From: an uncultured Pseudomonadota bacterium
GTDB lineage: Bacteria; Pseudomonadota; Alphaproteobacteria; RF32; CAG-239
Direction: 5' to 3'
DNA: 64,000 bases
Assembly (NCBI GenBank): GCA_949295995.1
Contig: CASFNK010000063.1
Span: 73-64,072, forward strand
The position numbers and the translations under genes are program-made. The notes below the pieces were generated by a model. The model was not told where the DNA came from. It did not search any database and saw nothing but the letters and a program-made list of their open reading frames with translations. This document shows, piece after piece, positions 8,819-16,380 of this stretch; the stretch's first letter is position 1; the number at the start of each line of letters is the position of its first letter.

Positions 8819-9139
8819 CTATATATTATAAAAATTAGTAAAATAGATATATCTCGCTAAATAAACAAGAGTCGGTATGGATAGAATTATATAGGCTTTT
8901 TTGAGATTTGTTTTACGCTTTTCCCAAGCATAAACTGTAGGTGCAATTATTATCAATAAATCTATTATTGTAAAAATGGTATAGTTAAATTTATTTTCAT
9001 ATGCCCAACCTAATGCCTCTGCTTTCCATGGCATTTGGTTGCTGCTCATTTCTTTTGGATATGTTATGGCATATATAAAAACGAAAAATCCATTTAAGGC
9101 TAATAATAGATAAAAAGGTATTAGTTTGATTTTTTTCAT
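8819..9139 (-). CDS. Small polytopic membrane protein; candidate immunity partner of the upstream toxin-like gene
   Basis: The ORF track gives 8819..9181. The ATG at 9139 (MKKIKLIPF) has RBS GAAGGTG. There are three to four hydrophobic helices. It lies immediately downstream of 9203..9922. Confidence 0.5.
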   Translation of the reverse strand: MKKIKLIPFYLLLALNGFFVFIYAITYPKEMSSNQMPWKAEALGWAYENKFNYTIFTIIDLLIIIAPTVYAWEKRKTNLKKAYIILSIPTLVYLARYIYFTNFYNI

Positions 9140-9202
9140 AATTGCACCTTCGGTTAAATTTGTGCAAAGTATATTCAGCATTTACCTTAAATACAATAAA
9201 AA

Positions 9203-9922
9203 TCACCAACAATCTTTATCATATTTTACATTAAGAATCATATCGTACCCATATTTCTTAAATTTATCTGTAAATTCATCCATCTTATCTGTTAAATCAA
9301 TACACCCTCCAGAGCCATAATCTTTACCGCCATGAATAGAAATCCTTGTTCTGTTTTTATTATCTGTTCCTTGAGCAGGTTCCAACCAAATGCGGTTATT
9401 TCCCCAGGAATCTTTTCCTCCGGGCCATTCTCCTCCCCCAAGATTATTTTTTAATTTATCCCATATTGTTTGAGTTTGGTCATAATTCTGATGTTGAGAT
9501 TGTCTCACCAACCATTTTCCCTCCGGTAATGGCCCTTTATCTTTTACGCTGACATATTCTTTACATTGATAATCTGGCTTACCGGACATTCCTTTCCATG
9601 AGTTTGTCTTTTTATCATCTTCAAACCAAGAAAGTTCTCTTCCGTTAAATTCTAAACGCGAAGGTTTATTTTGGGATATTTCTTGATTTAATGAATTAAT
9701 GGTTTCACCATCTTTTTTCATTATTCCATCAATGGTTAAATTATTTTTTCTTTGATATGTTTTTATCCCTTCAAATAACTCATTATCTGGATATTCCGTC
9801 ATTCCATATGATGGCACATCATATGCACCAAATTTTTTTAGATAGTTTTTTAGCGGAAGCATATCTTCCATAGCTACTGCTGAAGATGATGCTACATCTT
9901 TGTTTAATTTAAATTGTGACAT
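9203..9922 (-). CDS. Peptidoglycan-binding domain fused to a Tlde1/DUF2778-like L,D-transpeptidase-fold domain (toxin-like)
   Basis: The N-terminal half FEGIKTYQRKNNLTIDGIMKKDGET is PG_binding_1-like. The C-terminal half has GPLPEGKW...IWLEP...RISIHGGKDYGSGGCIDL, matching the YkuD/Tlde1 H...G-C catalytic signature. No signal peptide was seen. Confidence 0.65.
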   Translation of the reverse strand: MSQFKLNKDVASSSAVAMEDMLPLKNYLKKFGAYDVPSYGMTEYPDNELFEGIKTYQRKNNLTIDGIMKKDGETINSLNQEISQNKPSRLEFNGRELSWFEDDKKTNSWKGMSGKPDYQCKEYVSVKDKGPLPEGKWLVRQSQHQNYDQTQTIWDKLKNNLGGGEWPGGKDSWGNNRIWLEPAQGTDNKNRTRISIHGGKDYGSGGCIDLTDKMDEFTDKFKKYGYDMILNVKYDKDCW

Positions 9923-9954
9923 ATTTTTTCCTTATTCTTTGTTAATTTTAGATA

Positions 9955-9988
9955 CAAAAAAAACGTTGATTTTCATCAACGGTTTTTA
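9955..9988. terminator. Bidirectional hairpin terminator about 35 nt upstream of the toxin-like gene
   Basis: A-run, stem CGTTGAT/ATCAACG, T-run (T8 on the - strand). Confidence 0.65.
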
Positions 9989-10205
9989 AACGCACTTTTC
10001 CCAAGTGGCATTTTATATTTTACAATATTTTCTATTTAAAGTAAAGGAAAAAATTCCTATATTGTGGGTAATTATGATTAGTTAGATTATTTCTTCTCAA
10101 CAGAGTTTCGGCAACAAGATTGACTAGTTCTTTGCTTTGCTCCTCACATACGCCAACTTTTACTTTGTTCAGCTCGAACTCTACTCACTCAAATCTCGGG
10201 GATAA

Positions 10206-10258
10206 CACCAATACAAAAACACTCCCGAAAATCGAGGGTGTTGCGATTGGTGATACTT
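10206..10258 (-). repeat. Hairpin repeat, copy e, flanked by inverted CACCAAT/ATTGGTG
   Basis: The minus strand reads GTATCACCAAT-CGCA-[ACACCCTCG-ATTTT-CGGGAGTGT]-TTTTGT-ATTGGTG. It lies directly after the NUDIX stop. Confidence 0.55.
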
Positions 10259-10280
10259 AACTCACGCTTTACGAGCTAAT

Positions 10281-10715
10281 TTATGAATTAAATTCAGAAA
10301 AAGTTACACCATTTATAAAATTTTCAATAGCACAACGAGCATACGGAGTTATATTTTCGGGCAAATTATCTAAAGGTAACCATTCTAATCTTTCACAAAC
10401 ATAAGGCTCATTATTAACAGGCTCTCCTTGAAGATTTTTAACCGTAACAACATATTCAATAGAATTCCAACCATCAGGACAAACACGATGTATAGAACTT
10501 ACAACATCAATATCGGCTTTTGCTGCATCAAGACCAATCTCTTCTTTTATTTCTCTAACAATGGCCATGGATACTGTTTCATTTTCTTCCATTCTTCCGC
10601 CGACTAAATTAAAATTACTGGCATCGGGCTTATTTTTTCTTAAAATCGTAAGTATTTTGTTATCCCTGATAATAAGAGCCAATACACAGCCCCAAAGTTT
10701 AAAACGTTCATTCAT
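10281..10715 (-). CDS. NUDIX hydrolase
   Basis: Nudix box GGRMEENETVSMAIVREIKEEIGL (GX5EX7REUXEEXGU). The track start is 10730, but the ATG at 10715 is preceded by GGAGG. Confidence 0.85.
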   Translation of the reverse strand: MNERFKLWGCVLALIIRDNKILTILRKNKPDASNFNLVGGRMEENETVSMAIVREIKEEIGLDAAKADIDVVSSIHRVCPDGWNSIEYVVTVKNLQGEPVNNEPYVCERLEWLPLDNLPENITPYARCAIENFINGVTFSEFNS

Positions 10716-10754
10716 ATTTTGTACCTCCATAACAACAATTTTGTATTACTAACT

Positions 10755-10829
10755 ACAAAAAATCAATAAAAAACTTCGGACAAATTGAAAAAATGATGAT
10801 TTTTGAAAAAGGAACATCCGAACTCAAGA
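10755..10829 (-). repeat. 75-bp promoter-like module, copy B (upstream of the NUDIX gene)
   Basis: 69 of 75 nt identical to 8543-8617. Confidence 0.7.
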
Positions 10830-10937
10830 TAAGCCTTGGAAATAAAAGAACCTTCTCTTAGCTTTGCTAGGCTTTAGCCTAAGCCAAAGGTTAATTGGTC
10901 GCGCAAGTAGGAAACTTGTTTCCGTAGCGGCGCAAAC

Positions 10938-10972
10938 AGCAGCCATTTTCATGACTGCTGTTTGAATTGGTG
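10938..10972 (-). repeat. Hairpin repeat, copy d
   Basis: The minus strand reads CACCAATTCAAAC-AGCAGTCATGAAAATGGCTGCTG-TTTG. The stem-loop is nearly identical to copy a and the flank to copy c. Confidence 0.6.
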
Positions 10973-11085
10973 TCTTGCTTCGTAAGGTTTGCCTTATAAG
11001 GCAAACCAACTTCGCTTCGGGCACTTGACTTGTAACATCGCATTCGGAAAGCTGTCGCGTTCCTCAGCGTTTAACAAGTCGGCAC

Positions 11086-11132
11086 ATCACCACTAAAAAA
11101 AGCGCCTTAATGGCGCTTTTTTTAGTGGTGAT
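11086..11132. terminator. Perfect 21-bp inverted repeat (bidirectional terminator) that includes the last 7 nt of tRNA-Glu
   Basis: ATCACCACTAAAAAAAGCGCC-TTAAT-GGCGCTTTTTTTAGTGGTGAT. Confidence 0.75.
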
Positions 11133-11201
11133 CCCAACGAGATTCGAACTCGTGTTACCGCCGTGAAAGGGCGATGTCCTAGGCCTCTAGACGATGGGAC
11201 C
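11126..11201 (-). tRNA. tRNA-Glu (anticodon TTC)
   Basis: The reverse complement GGTCCCATCGTCTAGAGGCCTAGGACATCGCCCTTTCACGGCGGTAACACGAGTTCGAATCTCGTTGGGATCACCA folds as a cloverleaf. The anticodon loop is CTTTCAC and CCA is encoded. It is very close to known bacterial tRNA-Glu. Confidence 0.93.
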
Positions 11202-11219
11202 ATCAAAAGTACGAAAGCA

Positions 11220-11248
11220 TATATACTTGTAATTTTTTATAAGGTCAA
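11220..11248 (-). promoter_or_regulatory. Candidate promoter of tRNA-Glu
   Basis: On the - strand: TTGACC, 17-nt spacer, TATATA, about 18 nt upstream of the mature 5' end. Confidence 0.45.
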
Positions 11249-11346
11249 GTAAAAAAACACCAAAATAATGATTTTTTTTACAAATTTACAAAAAACAAAG
11301 AAAATCAATACATTAAAAACATAAATTTCCTTCATTAAATGTTTTC

Positions 11347-12000
11347 TCAGGCAGCAAGAGCGTTATTTTCCTTATTATAATTAATATCATCAAAAATAAC
11401 GGGAATTTCGGCTTTTAATTTAGCTAAGAGCATATCCATAACTTCTTGTACTGTTGGATGAGCTGCCGGAGCGCAACGAAGTTTGAAAATATGGCGCCAT
11501 TCTCTTAAATTAGCTGTCATAATAACATCGGCCTTTGTGGAATGAGGCAAAAGCATTCTAAGTTGGTCGGGGCGACAACCCAAAGCAGCCATTTCGTTAT
11601 AATTTTTTTCGATTAATTGCATGGTTTTAAGCCATAAATCATATTCAGGTGTATTTTCTTTAATATGGCAAGGCTTAATAACGGAAAGTTCGTTACCGAA
11701 TTTTCCTTTTGAGTAGTTGCAATAACGAGTGCTCTCGATGGCAAAGGATACATGGCGGTGTCTGGTCAAATCTTTATAAACCCCAATATCGCAAGTGAGT
11801 TTGACGGTAAGATTATAATGTTCAATCATAGCCTCATGTCCGAGTTCAAGCAATTTTTTAACCATAGTGCGAGCTGAAACGGGTGTAATTTTATCTTCAC
11901 TTTTGTAACAGTTGCGAGCGCAAAGTTCCAGATGTTTTAAGATAGCTTCTCCATCCAAGGGGGTAATAATCTCAACATGAGGTTCAACAATTTTAACCAT
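11347..12000 (-). CDS. thyX: FAD-dependent thymidylate synthase
   Basis: ThyX signature RHRHVSFAIESTRY (RHRxxSxxxxSxRY); 217 aa. Confidence 0.93.
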   Translation of the reverse strand: MVKIVEPHVEIITPLDGEAILKHLELCARNCYKSEDKITPVSARTMVKKLLELGHEAMIEHYNLTVKLTCDIGVYKDLTRHRHVSFAIESTRYCNYSKGKFGNELSVIKPCHIKENTPEYDLWLKTMQLIEKNYNEMAALGCRPDQLRMLLPHSTKADVIMTANLREWRHIFKLRCAPAAHPTVQEVMDMLLAKLKAEIPVIFDDINYNKENNALAA

Positions 12001-12078
12001 TTTTAGATATCCTTTTCATAAAACTGAAAACAGTTTATATATATTACAAGCAAACGTCTAGTTTTAAAGGAAAGTTAT

Positions 12079-12118
12079 ACAACAAAAGGCGAAGAATTGC
12101 GTCTTCGCCTTTTGTTGT
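12079..12118. terminator. Bidirectional terminator
   Basis: Long stem ACAACAAAAGGCGAAGA/TCTTCGCCTTTTGTTGT. Confidence 0.75.
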
Positions 12119-12122
12119 AAAA

Positions 12123-12383
12123 TTATAAATACTCATCTAATTTTTTTGAGAGTTTTACAAATAGAGCAATTGTTCCGATTAAAATAATGATAGAAAGGGG
12201 AGGCCAATCAATAATTTTTGAAACAATTGTCATCAACCATCCACCAAACAGACATAGCCCCACCAGCAAAACAGCTTGAATAAAGAGCCATATCACAAAT
12301 TTTAAAAGAGCTTTAATCCACTTCATAATATAAAAATTATAGGTTATTAAGCACTCTATAATCTTTTTTTTATGATTTTGCAA
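12123..12383 (-). CDS. Small membrane protein
   Basis: 86-aa ORF (likely start MKWIKALL) with two long hydrophobic helices. Confidence 0.45.
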   Translation of the reverse strand: MQNHKKKIIECLITYNFYIMKWIKALLKFVIWLFIQAVLLVGLCLFGGWLMTIVSKIIDWPPLSIIILIGTIALFVKLSKKLDEYL

Positions 12384-12414
12384 TCATTATTCATTATTTA
12401 AATTACAAAAAACA

Positions 12415-12437
12415 AACCCCCACGCAAAGTGGGGGTT
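12415..12437 (-). terminator. Intrinsic terminator after the lipoprotein gene
   Basis: On the - strand: AACCCCCAC-TTTGC-GTGGGGGTT followed by TGTTTTTTG. Confidence 0.75.
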
Positions 12438-12455
12438 AAAGATAATGATAGAAAC

Positions 12456-12911
12456 CTAGTCAGGAATGACTCTGGCTCTATCCCCAAAGATAATCTGACA
12501 ACGTTGTCCGGGGTTGAGTAAGACATCTCCGCCTTGAGTGGTTGAAACGGTGCTTCCGTTATCCAAGCGAACCACATATTCATAACCATATTGGGATGTC
12601 ATTTCCTTTTGAGCAAAGTCTCCGGCAATTCCGCCTAAGATTGCGCCACCGACAGCCCCCAACAGGTGAGCAGTATTTCCGCCGCCGATTTGAGAACCGG
12701 CCAAACCGCCGGCAATACCACCGACTGCGGTACCGACGCCGTTTTGCGTAGCCACTTGAATCGGTCTGACGGAAACAACCGTGCAACCTTGAGCTTGAGC
12801 CACTTGTCCGACGGAACTCGTGCTGTAATAGTTAGAGTTAATATCGCTTGCGCAACCGCTCAAAGAAGCCAGAGCGAAAGGCAAAGCCATTAAAAGAGTC
12901 GATTTGTTCAT
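12456..12911 (-). CDS. Glycine-zipper outer-membrane lipoprotein (17-kDa surface antigen/SlyB-like)
   Basis: Lipobox LASLSGC and the Gly-zipper tract GTAVGGIAGGLAGSQIGGG...GAVGGAILGGIAG. Confidence 0.85.
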   Translation of the reverse strand: MNKSTLLMALPFALASLSGCASDINSNYYSTSSVGQVAQAQGCTVVSVRPIQVATQNGVGTAVGGIAGGLAGSQIGGGNTAHLLGAVGGAILGGIAGDFAQKEMTSQYGYEYVVRLDNGSTVSTTQGGDVLLNPGQRCQIIFGDRARVIPD

Positions 12912-13082
12912 AACAGTCTCCTTGCAAAAATGAGAGTAGGTATATATTTATCCATGGATTAACATTTGTCAATGCTGGACAATTAAAGATAAGTGATATA
13001 TATTAGCCTCCGCGATGGTAAAATTATCGTAAAAAGAATAAATCTCATACAAGAATAAAGGTAATAATTGAGGAAATTTAAG

Positions 13083-14471
13083 ATGTTAAAAAGGACAAAG
13101 ATTGTCAGCCTGATTAATGCTGACCAAACGATTGACCAAGTTTTGGTAAAGGGTTGGGTAAGAACCCGCCGTGATTCTAAAGATTTTTCGTTTATTGAAA
13201 TAAATGATGGTTCCTGCCTTAAAAATATCCAAGTTATTGCCAATAATAATTTAGCCAACTATGAGGAAGTCAAAAAATTAACCACCGGCTCTTCGGTTGC
13301 CATTACCGGAGCTTTGGTTGCATCTAAAGGTGGTAACCAAAAATATGAAATTGTTGCTCAAGAGATAGAAATTTACTCTCTGGCCCCTGATGATTATCCT
13401 CTGCAAAAGAAAAAGCATACTGACGAATATTTGCGTACGATTGCGCATTTAAGACCGCGCACCAACAAATACGGAGCAGCTTTCCGCGTTCGTTCCGAAT
13501 TGTCTTTTGCCATTCATAAATTTTTCAATGATCGTGGTTTCCGTTATGTTCACACACCGATTATCACCGGTTCGGATTGCGAGGGTGCCGGCGAAATGTT
13601 TCAGGTAACCACTCTGGATTTAAACAATATTCCCAAACTGCCCAATGGTGAAGTTGACTACAGTCAAGACTTTTTCGGTAAAGCCGCGCACTTAACCGTA
13701 TCCGGACAGCTCAACGGTGAAATGTATGCTTTGGGCTTAGGCGATATTTATACTTTTGGCCCGACATTCAGAGCCGAAAACTCCAACACCACGCGTCATG
13801 CCGCTGAGTTCTGGATGATTGAGCCGGAGATGGCCTTTGCCGATATTTATGATGATATGGATTTGGCGGAAGATATGGTTCGTTTTTGCGTCAAACATGT
13901 TATGGACAAATGCGCAGATGACTTAGCTTTGTTTGATAAGTTTGTTGAGCCGGGTTTGATTGCCAAATTGCAAAATATTGTAGATAATGGATTCGCTCGT
14001 ATTACTTATGCTGAAGCTATTGAAATTATGCAAAAATCGGGACATAATTTTGAATATAAGCCCGAATTTGGTATTGATATGCAAACCGAGCATGAACGTT
14101 ATTTGGCAGAAACCCACTTCAAACGTCCGGTTATTGTCAGAGATTATCCCAAAGAAATCAAAGCCTTTTATATGCGCCTGAATGAGGACGGTCGCACGGT
14201 TGCGGCAATGGATGTCTTAGTTCCGGGCATTGGTGAAATGATTGGTGGTTCTCAACGTGAAGAACGCTATGATGTTTTGGTTCAAAAAATCAAAGAAATG
14301 GGCATGAAGGAAGAGGACTATTCTTGGTATTTGGATTCGCGTAAATACGGTTCGGTTCCGCATGCCGGATTTGGTTTGGGATTTGAACGGATGATGATGT
14401 TGGTAACAGGTATTGCTAATATCAGGGACGTAATTCCTTTCCCGAGAACACCGAACAGCATTAATTTTTAA
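13083..14471 (+). CDS. asnS: Asparagine--tRNA ligase
   Basis: Class II aaRS with the AsnRS-typical [21 protein letters not shown] and C-terminal GFGLGFERM. The track start is 13068 (TTG). The ATG at 13083 has RBS GAGGAA. Confidence 0.94.
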   Translation: MLKRTKIVSLINADQTIDQVLVKGWVRTRRDSKDFSFIEINDGSCLKNIQVIANNNLANYEEVKKLTTGSSVAITGALVASKGGNQKYEIVAQEIEIYSLAPDDYPLQKKKHTDEYLRTIAHLRPRTNKYGAAFRVRSELSFAIHKFFNDRGFRYVHTPIITGSDCEGAGEMFQVTTLDLNNIPKLPNGEVDYSQDFFGKAAHLTVSGQLNGEMYALGLGDIYTFGPTFRAENSNTTRHAAEFWMIEPEMAFADIYDDMDLAEDMVRFCVKHVMDKCADDLALFDKFVEPGLIAKLQNIVDNGFARITYAEAIEIMQKSGHNFEYKPEFGIDMQTEHERYLAETHFKRPVIVRDYPKEIKAFYMRLNEDGRTVAAMDVLVPGIGEMIGGSQREERYDVLVQKIKEMGMKEEDYSWYLDSRKYGSVPHAGFGLGFERMMMLVTGIANIRDVIPFPRTPNSINF

Positions 14472-14480
14472 TTCAAGGAG

Positions 14481-15095
14481 ATGAATATGCGCAATTTGTT
14501 TTTTTTAGCTTGTATCTTGTCAATTTTGAGCTTTTCAGGCTATTGTGCGGCACAAGAAAGCGAGCTTAAAGAGCAAGTTGCGCAAATTCAAACAGAAGAA
14601 GAAAAAGCGGTTGCCGAAGACGGACTTGAGGAAGACAACGTGGTCGAAGAGTTGGATTTATCCCAAACACCTGAAACAGGAACTTACGTTGAGAAAATTC
14701 CAACTGTTAAATTGCCGGATTGCAATAATGATGTATTGATAGCCTTGGTTTCGGCCAAAGTAGCAGAGTACTATATGAGCCATCCGGCGGAAAATATTTT
14801 AGAAAAACGTCGTCAGGCACTATTGCTTAAAAATTTGCGAGCATTTGATGAAGTTGCGCCTGCGGGTTTTACCTCCAAACAAAACTATAATGTAGCCAAC
14901 CATTTATTGATGACCAAAATCAATCTGGGACTTGATGATAACGAAGTCAAATTGTGCAAGAATGCCGGTTACGGCAATGCTTCAGATATTTACCTTCTGA
15001 TATATCCCCAGAATTTTCAAGCCAAGGTCAGCATTCTGAATCTTACCCAGAACCAGCAAGAGGACTTTTCTGTAATTTATCCGAATATTTTCTGA
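14481..15095 (+). CDS. Hypothetical secreted protein
   Basis: 204-aa ORF with an N-terminal signal-like segment (LFFLACILSILSFSGYCAAQE) and an acidic N-terminal region. Confidence 0.6.
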   Translation: MNMRNLFFLACILSILSFSGYCAAQESELKEQVAQIQTEEEKAVAEDGLEEDNVVEELDLSQTPETGTYVEKIPTVKLPDCNNDVLIALVSAKVAEYYMSHPAENILEKRRQALLLKNLRAFDEVAPAGFTSKQNYNVANHLLMTKINLGLDDNEVKLCKNAGYGNASDIYLLIYPQNFQAKVSILNLTQNQQEDFSVIYPNIF

Positions 15096-15202
15096 TAACG
15101 CCTATTGCAAAATTTCAAAAAAAGGGCTACTATTCAAAACTGCGCTAAAGAGAAATATTCTCTTTAGAGCAAGATTTTGTAAAGAAAGAAGGTTGAATAT
15201 AT

Positions 15203-16102
15203 ATGTCTGAGAATACAAATGTAATGGTTGTGAATAACAACGCGAAATTACCTCTTGTTATTGAAGAAAACAGTTTATTTGCCTATTTTGAAAGCATAAA
15301 AAAATTCCCTGTATTAAGTGAGACGGAAGAGCAAAATCTGATTGTTGATTTTAAGCAAAACGGCAATTTAAAAGCCGCCGAAAAATTGGTTACCTCACAT
15401 TTGCGCTTAGCTGCCAAAATCGCACTGACATATCGTCGCTATGGACTTCCGTTGGCTGACATTGTATCTGAAGCAAACATTGGCTTGATGCAGGCTGTTA
15501 AAAAATTCGACCTTGATAAAAAGGTTCGCCTTTCGACCTATGCAATCTGGTGGATTAAGGCTGCGATTAATGATTATATTTTGCGTTCTTGGTCTTTGGT
15601 AAAGATAGGGACGGTTGCAGCGCAAAAGAAGCTGTTCTATAATTTGAGCCGCATTAAGGCACGTTTAGGCTTGTATGAAAATAAAGCTCTTGAGCCAGAA
15701 GTTGTCAAAACCATAGCAAAAGAATTGGTTGTTGATGAGCAAGATGTCGTGGAGATGAATCAACGTCTCGGCGGAGACAAATCTTTGAACGTTGCCGCCG
15801 GCGATGACGGAACGAGTGAACAGATAGACTTTTTGGTTGATAACCGCCAAAACATTGAGGCTAAAATCGCCAATAAAGAAGAAGCCAAATTCAAACAAAA
15901 GATTTTGCAAGATTGTTTAAGCAAATTAAATGAGCGTGAGCGTTACATTATCACCAATCGTATGTTGGTTGATGAGCCGGTTACGCTAGAGGAATTGGGA
16001 GCTAAATTTGGGGTTAGCCGCGAGCGTGTTCGTCAGGTGGAAAAGAAGGCTTTTGAGCACTTGTCAGAGCTTGTAAAACTTGCATTAGCGGAAAAATTGT
16101 GA
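15203..16102 (+). CDS. rpoH: RNA polymerase sigma-32 (heat-shock) factor
   Basis: Sigma70-family regions 2-4 plus the RpoH box (AQKKLFYNLSRIK); 299 aa. Confidence 0.9.
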   Translation: MSENTNVMVVNNNAKLPLVIEENSLFAYFESIKKFPVLSETEEQNLIVDFKQNGNLKAAEKLVTSHLRLAAKIALTYRRYGLPLADIVSEANIGLMQAVKKFDLDKKVRLSTYAIWWIKAAINDYILRSWSLVKIGTVAAQKKLFYNLSRIKARLGLYENKALEPEVVKTIAKELVVDEQDVVEMNQRLGGDKSLNVAAGDDGTSEQIDFLVDNRQNIEAKIANKEEAKFKQKILQDCLSKLNERERYIITNRMLVDEPVTLEELGAKFGVSRERVRQVEKKAFEHLSELVKLALAEKL

Positions 16103-16140
16103 TATAATAAGGCTCCACAAAAAAATAAGGGAACTCAAAG

Positions 16141-16338
16141 ATGAATATTCAAACGGCAGATGGAGAAAAACAAGGTCTTATGTATCAGGGAAGATTCTCT
16201 GAAAACCTTGATTTTCAAACTTTGCATGATAAAATAAATCAGCATTTGAGTTTTATTCGCGCCCAAAAGAGTGAAGAAGAAAACGCTAATGAAACTGTCG
16301 AGCATGAAAAGCCAGCAGTATCTCATGAACGTAATTAA
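16141..16338 (+). CDS. Possible small hypothetical protein (65 aa)
   Basis: An ORF fills the rpoH-prmC gap. The RBS is weak and no motif is seen. It competes with an antisense ORF. Confidence 0.25.
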   Translation: MNIQTADGEKQGLMYQGRFSENLDFQTLHDKINQHLSFIRAQKSEEENANETVEHEKPAVSHERN

Positions 16339-16380
16339 TTTCCACTTTGAGGCGTGCGAGTACTTGTGTGAATATTTCCG

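Larger units (their letters stand above)
5704..11201. mobile_element. Candidate genomic islet: AT-rich array of single-gene cassettes between a tRNA-Leu-like fragment and tRNA-Glu
   Basis: Bounded by a tRNA remnant and an intact tRNA. Accessory-type genes are nearly all on the tRNA strand, with repeated hairpin and promoter-like modules at cassette borders. No integrase is present. Confidence 0.4.

Noticed and set aside
6016-10972. CRISPR array
   Set aside because: The repeats are few, not identical and irregularly spaced (0.7-2.3 kb apart), with whole genes between them. No cas genes are present.
10824-11024. 66-aa ORF in the spacer downstream of tRNA-Glu
   Set aside because: It spans several hairpins and repeat copy d, has no RBS, and its composition looks non-coding.
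5704-11201. Integron cassette array with attC sites
   Set aside because: There is no intI gene. The hairpins lack recognisable R''/R' cores (RYYYAAC/GTTRRRY). At least two cassettes carry their own promoter-like module. I therefore kept it as an unclassified cassette-like array.
12542-12893. ORFs 12542..12751, 12580..12786 and 12666..12893, overlapping the glycine-zipper lipoprotein gene
   Set aside because: They are Arg-rich translations of alternative frames of GGN-rich coding sequence. The lipoprotein frame has a lipobox, an RBS and a terminator.
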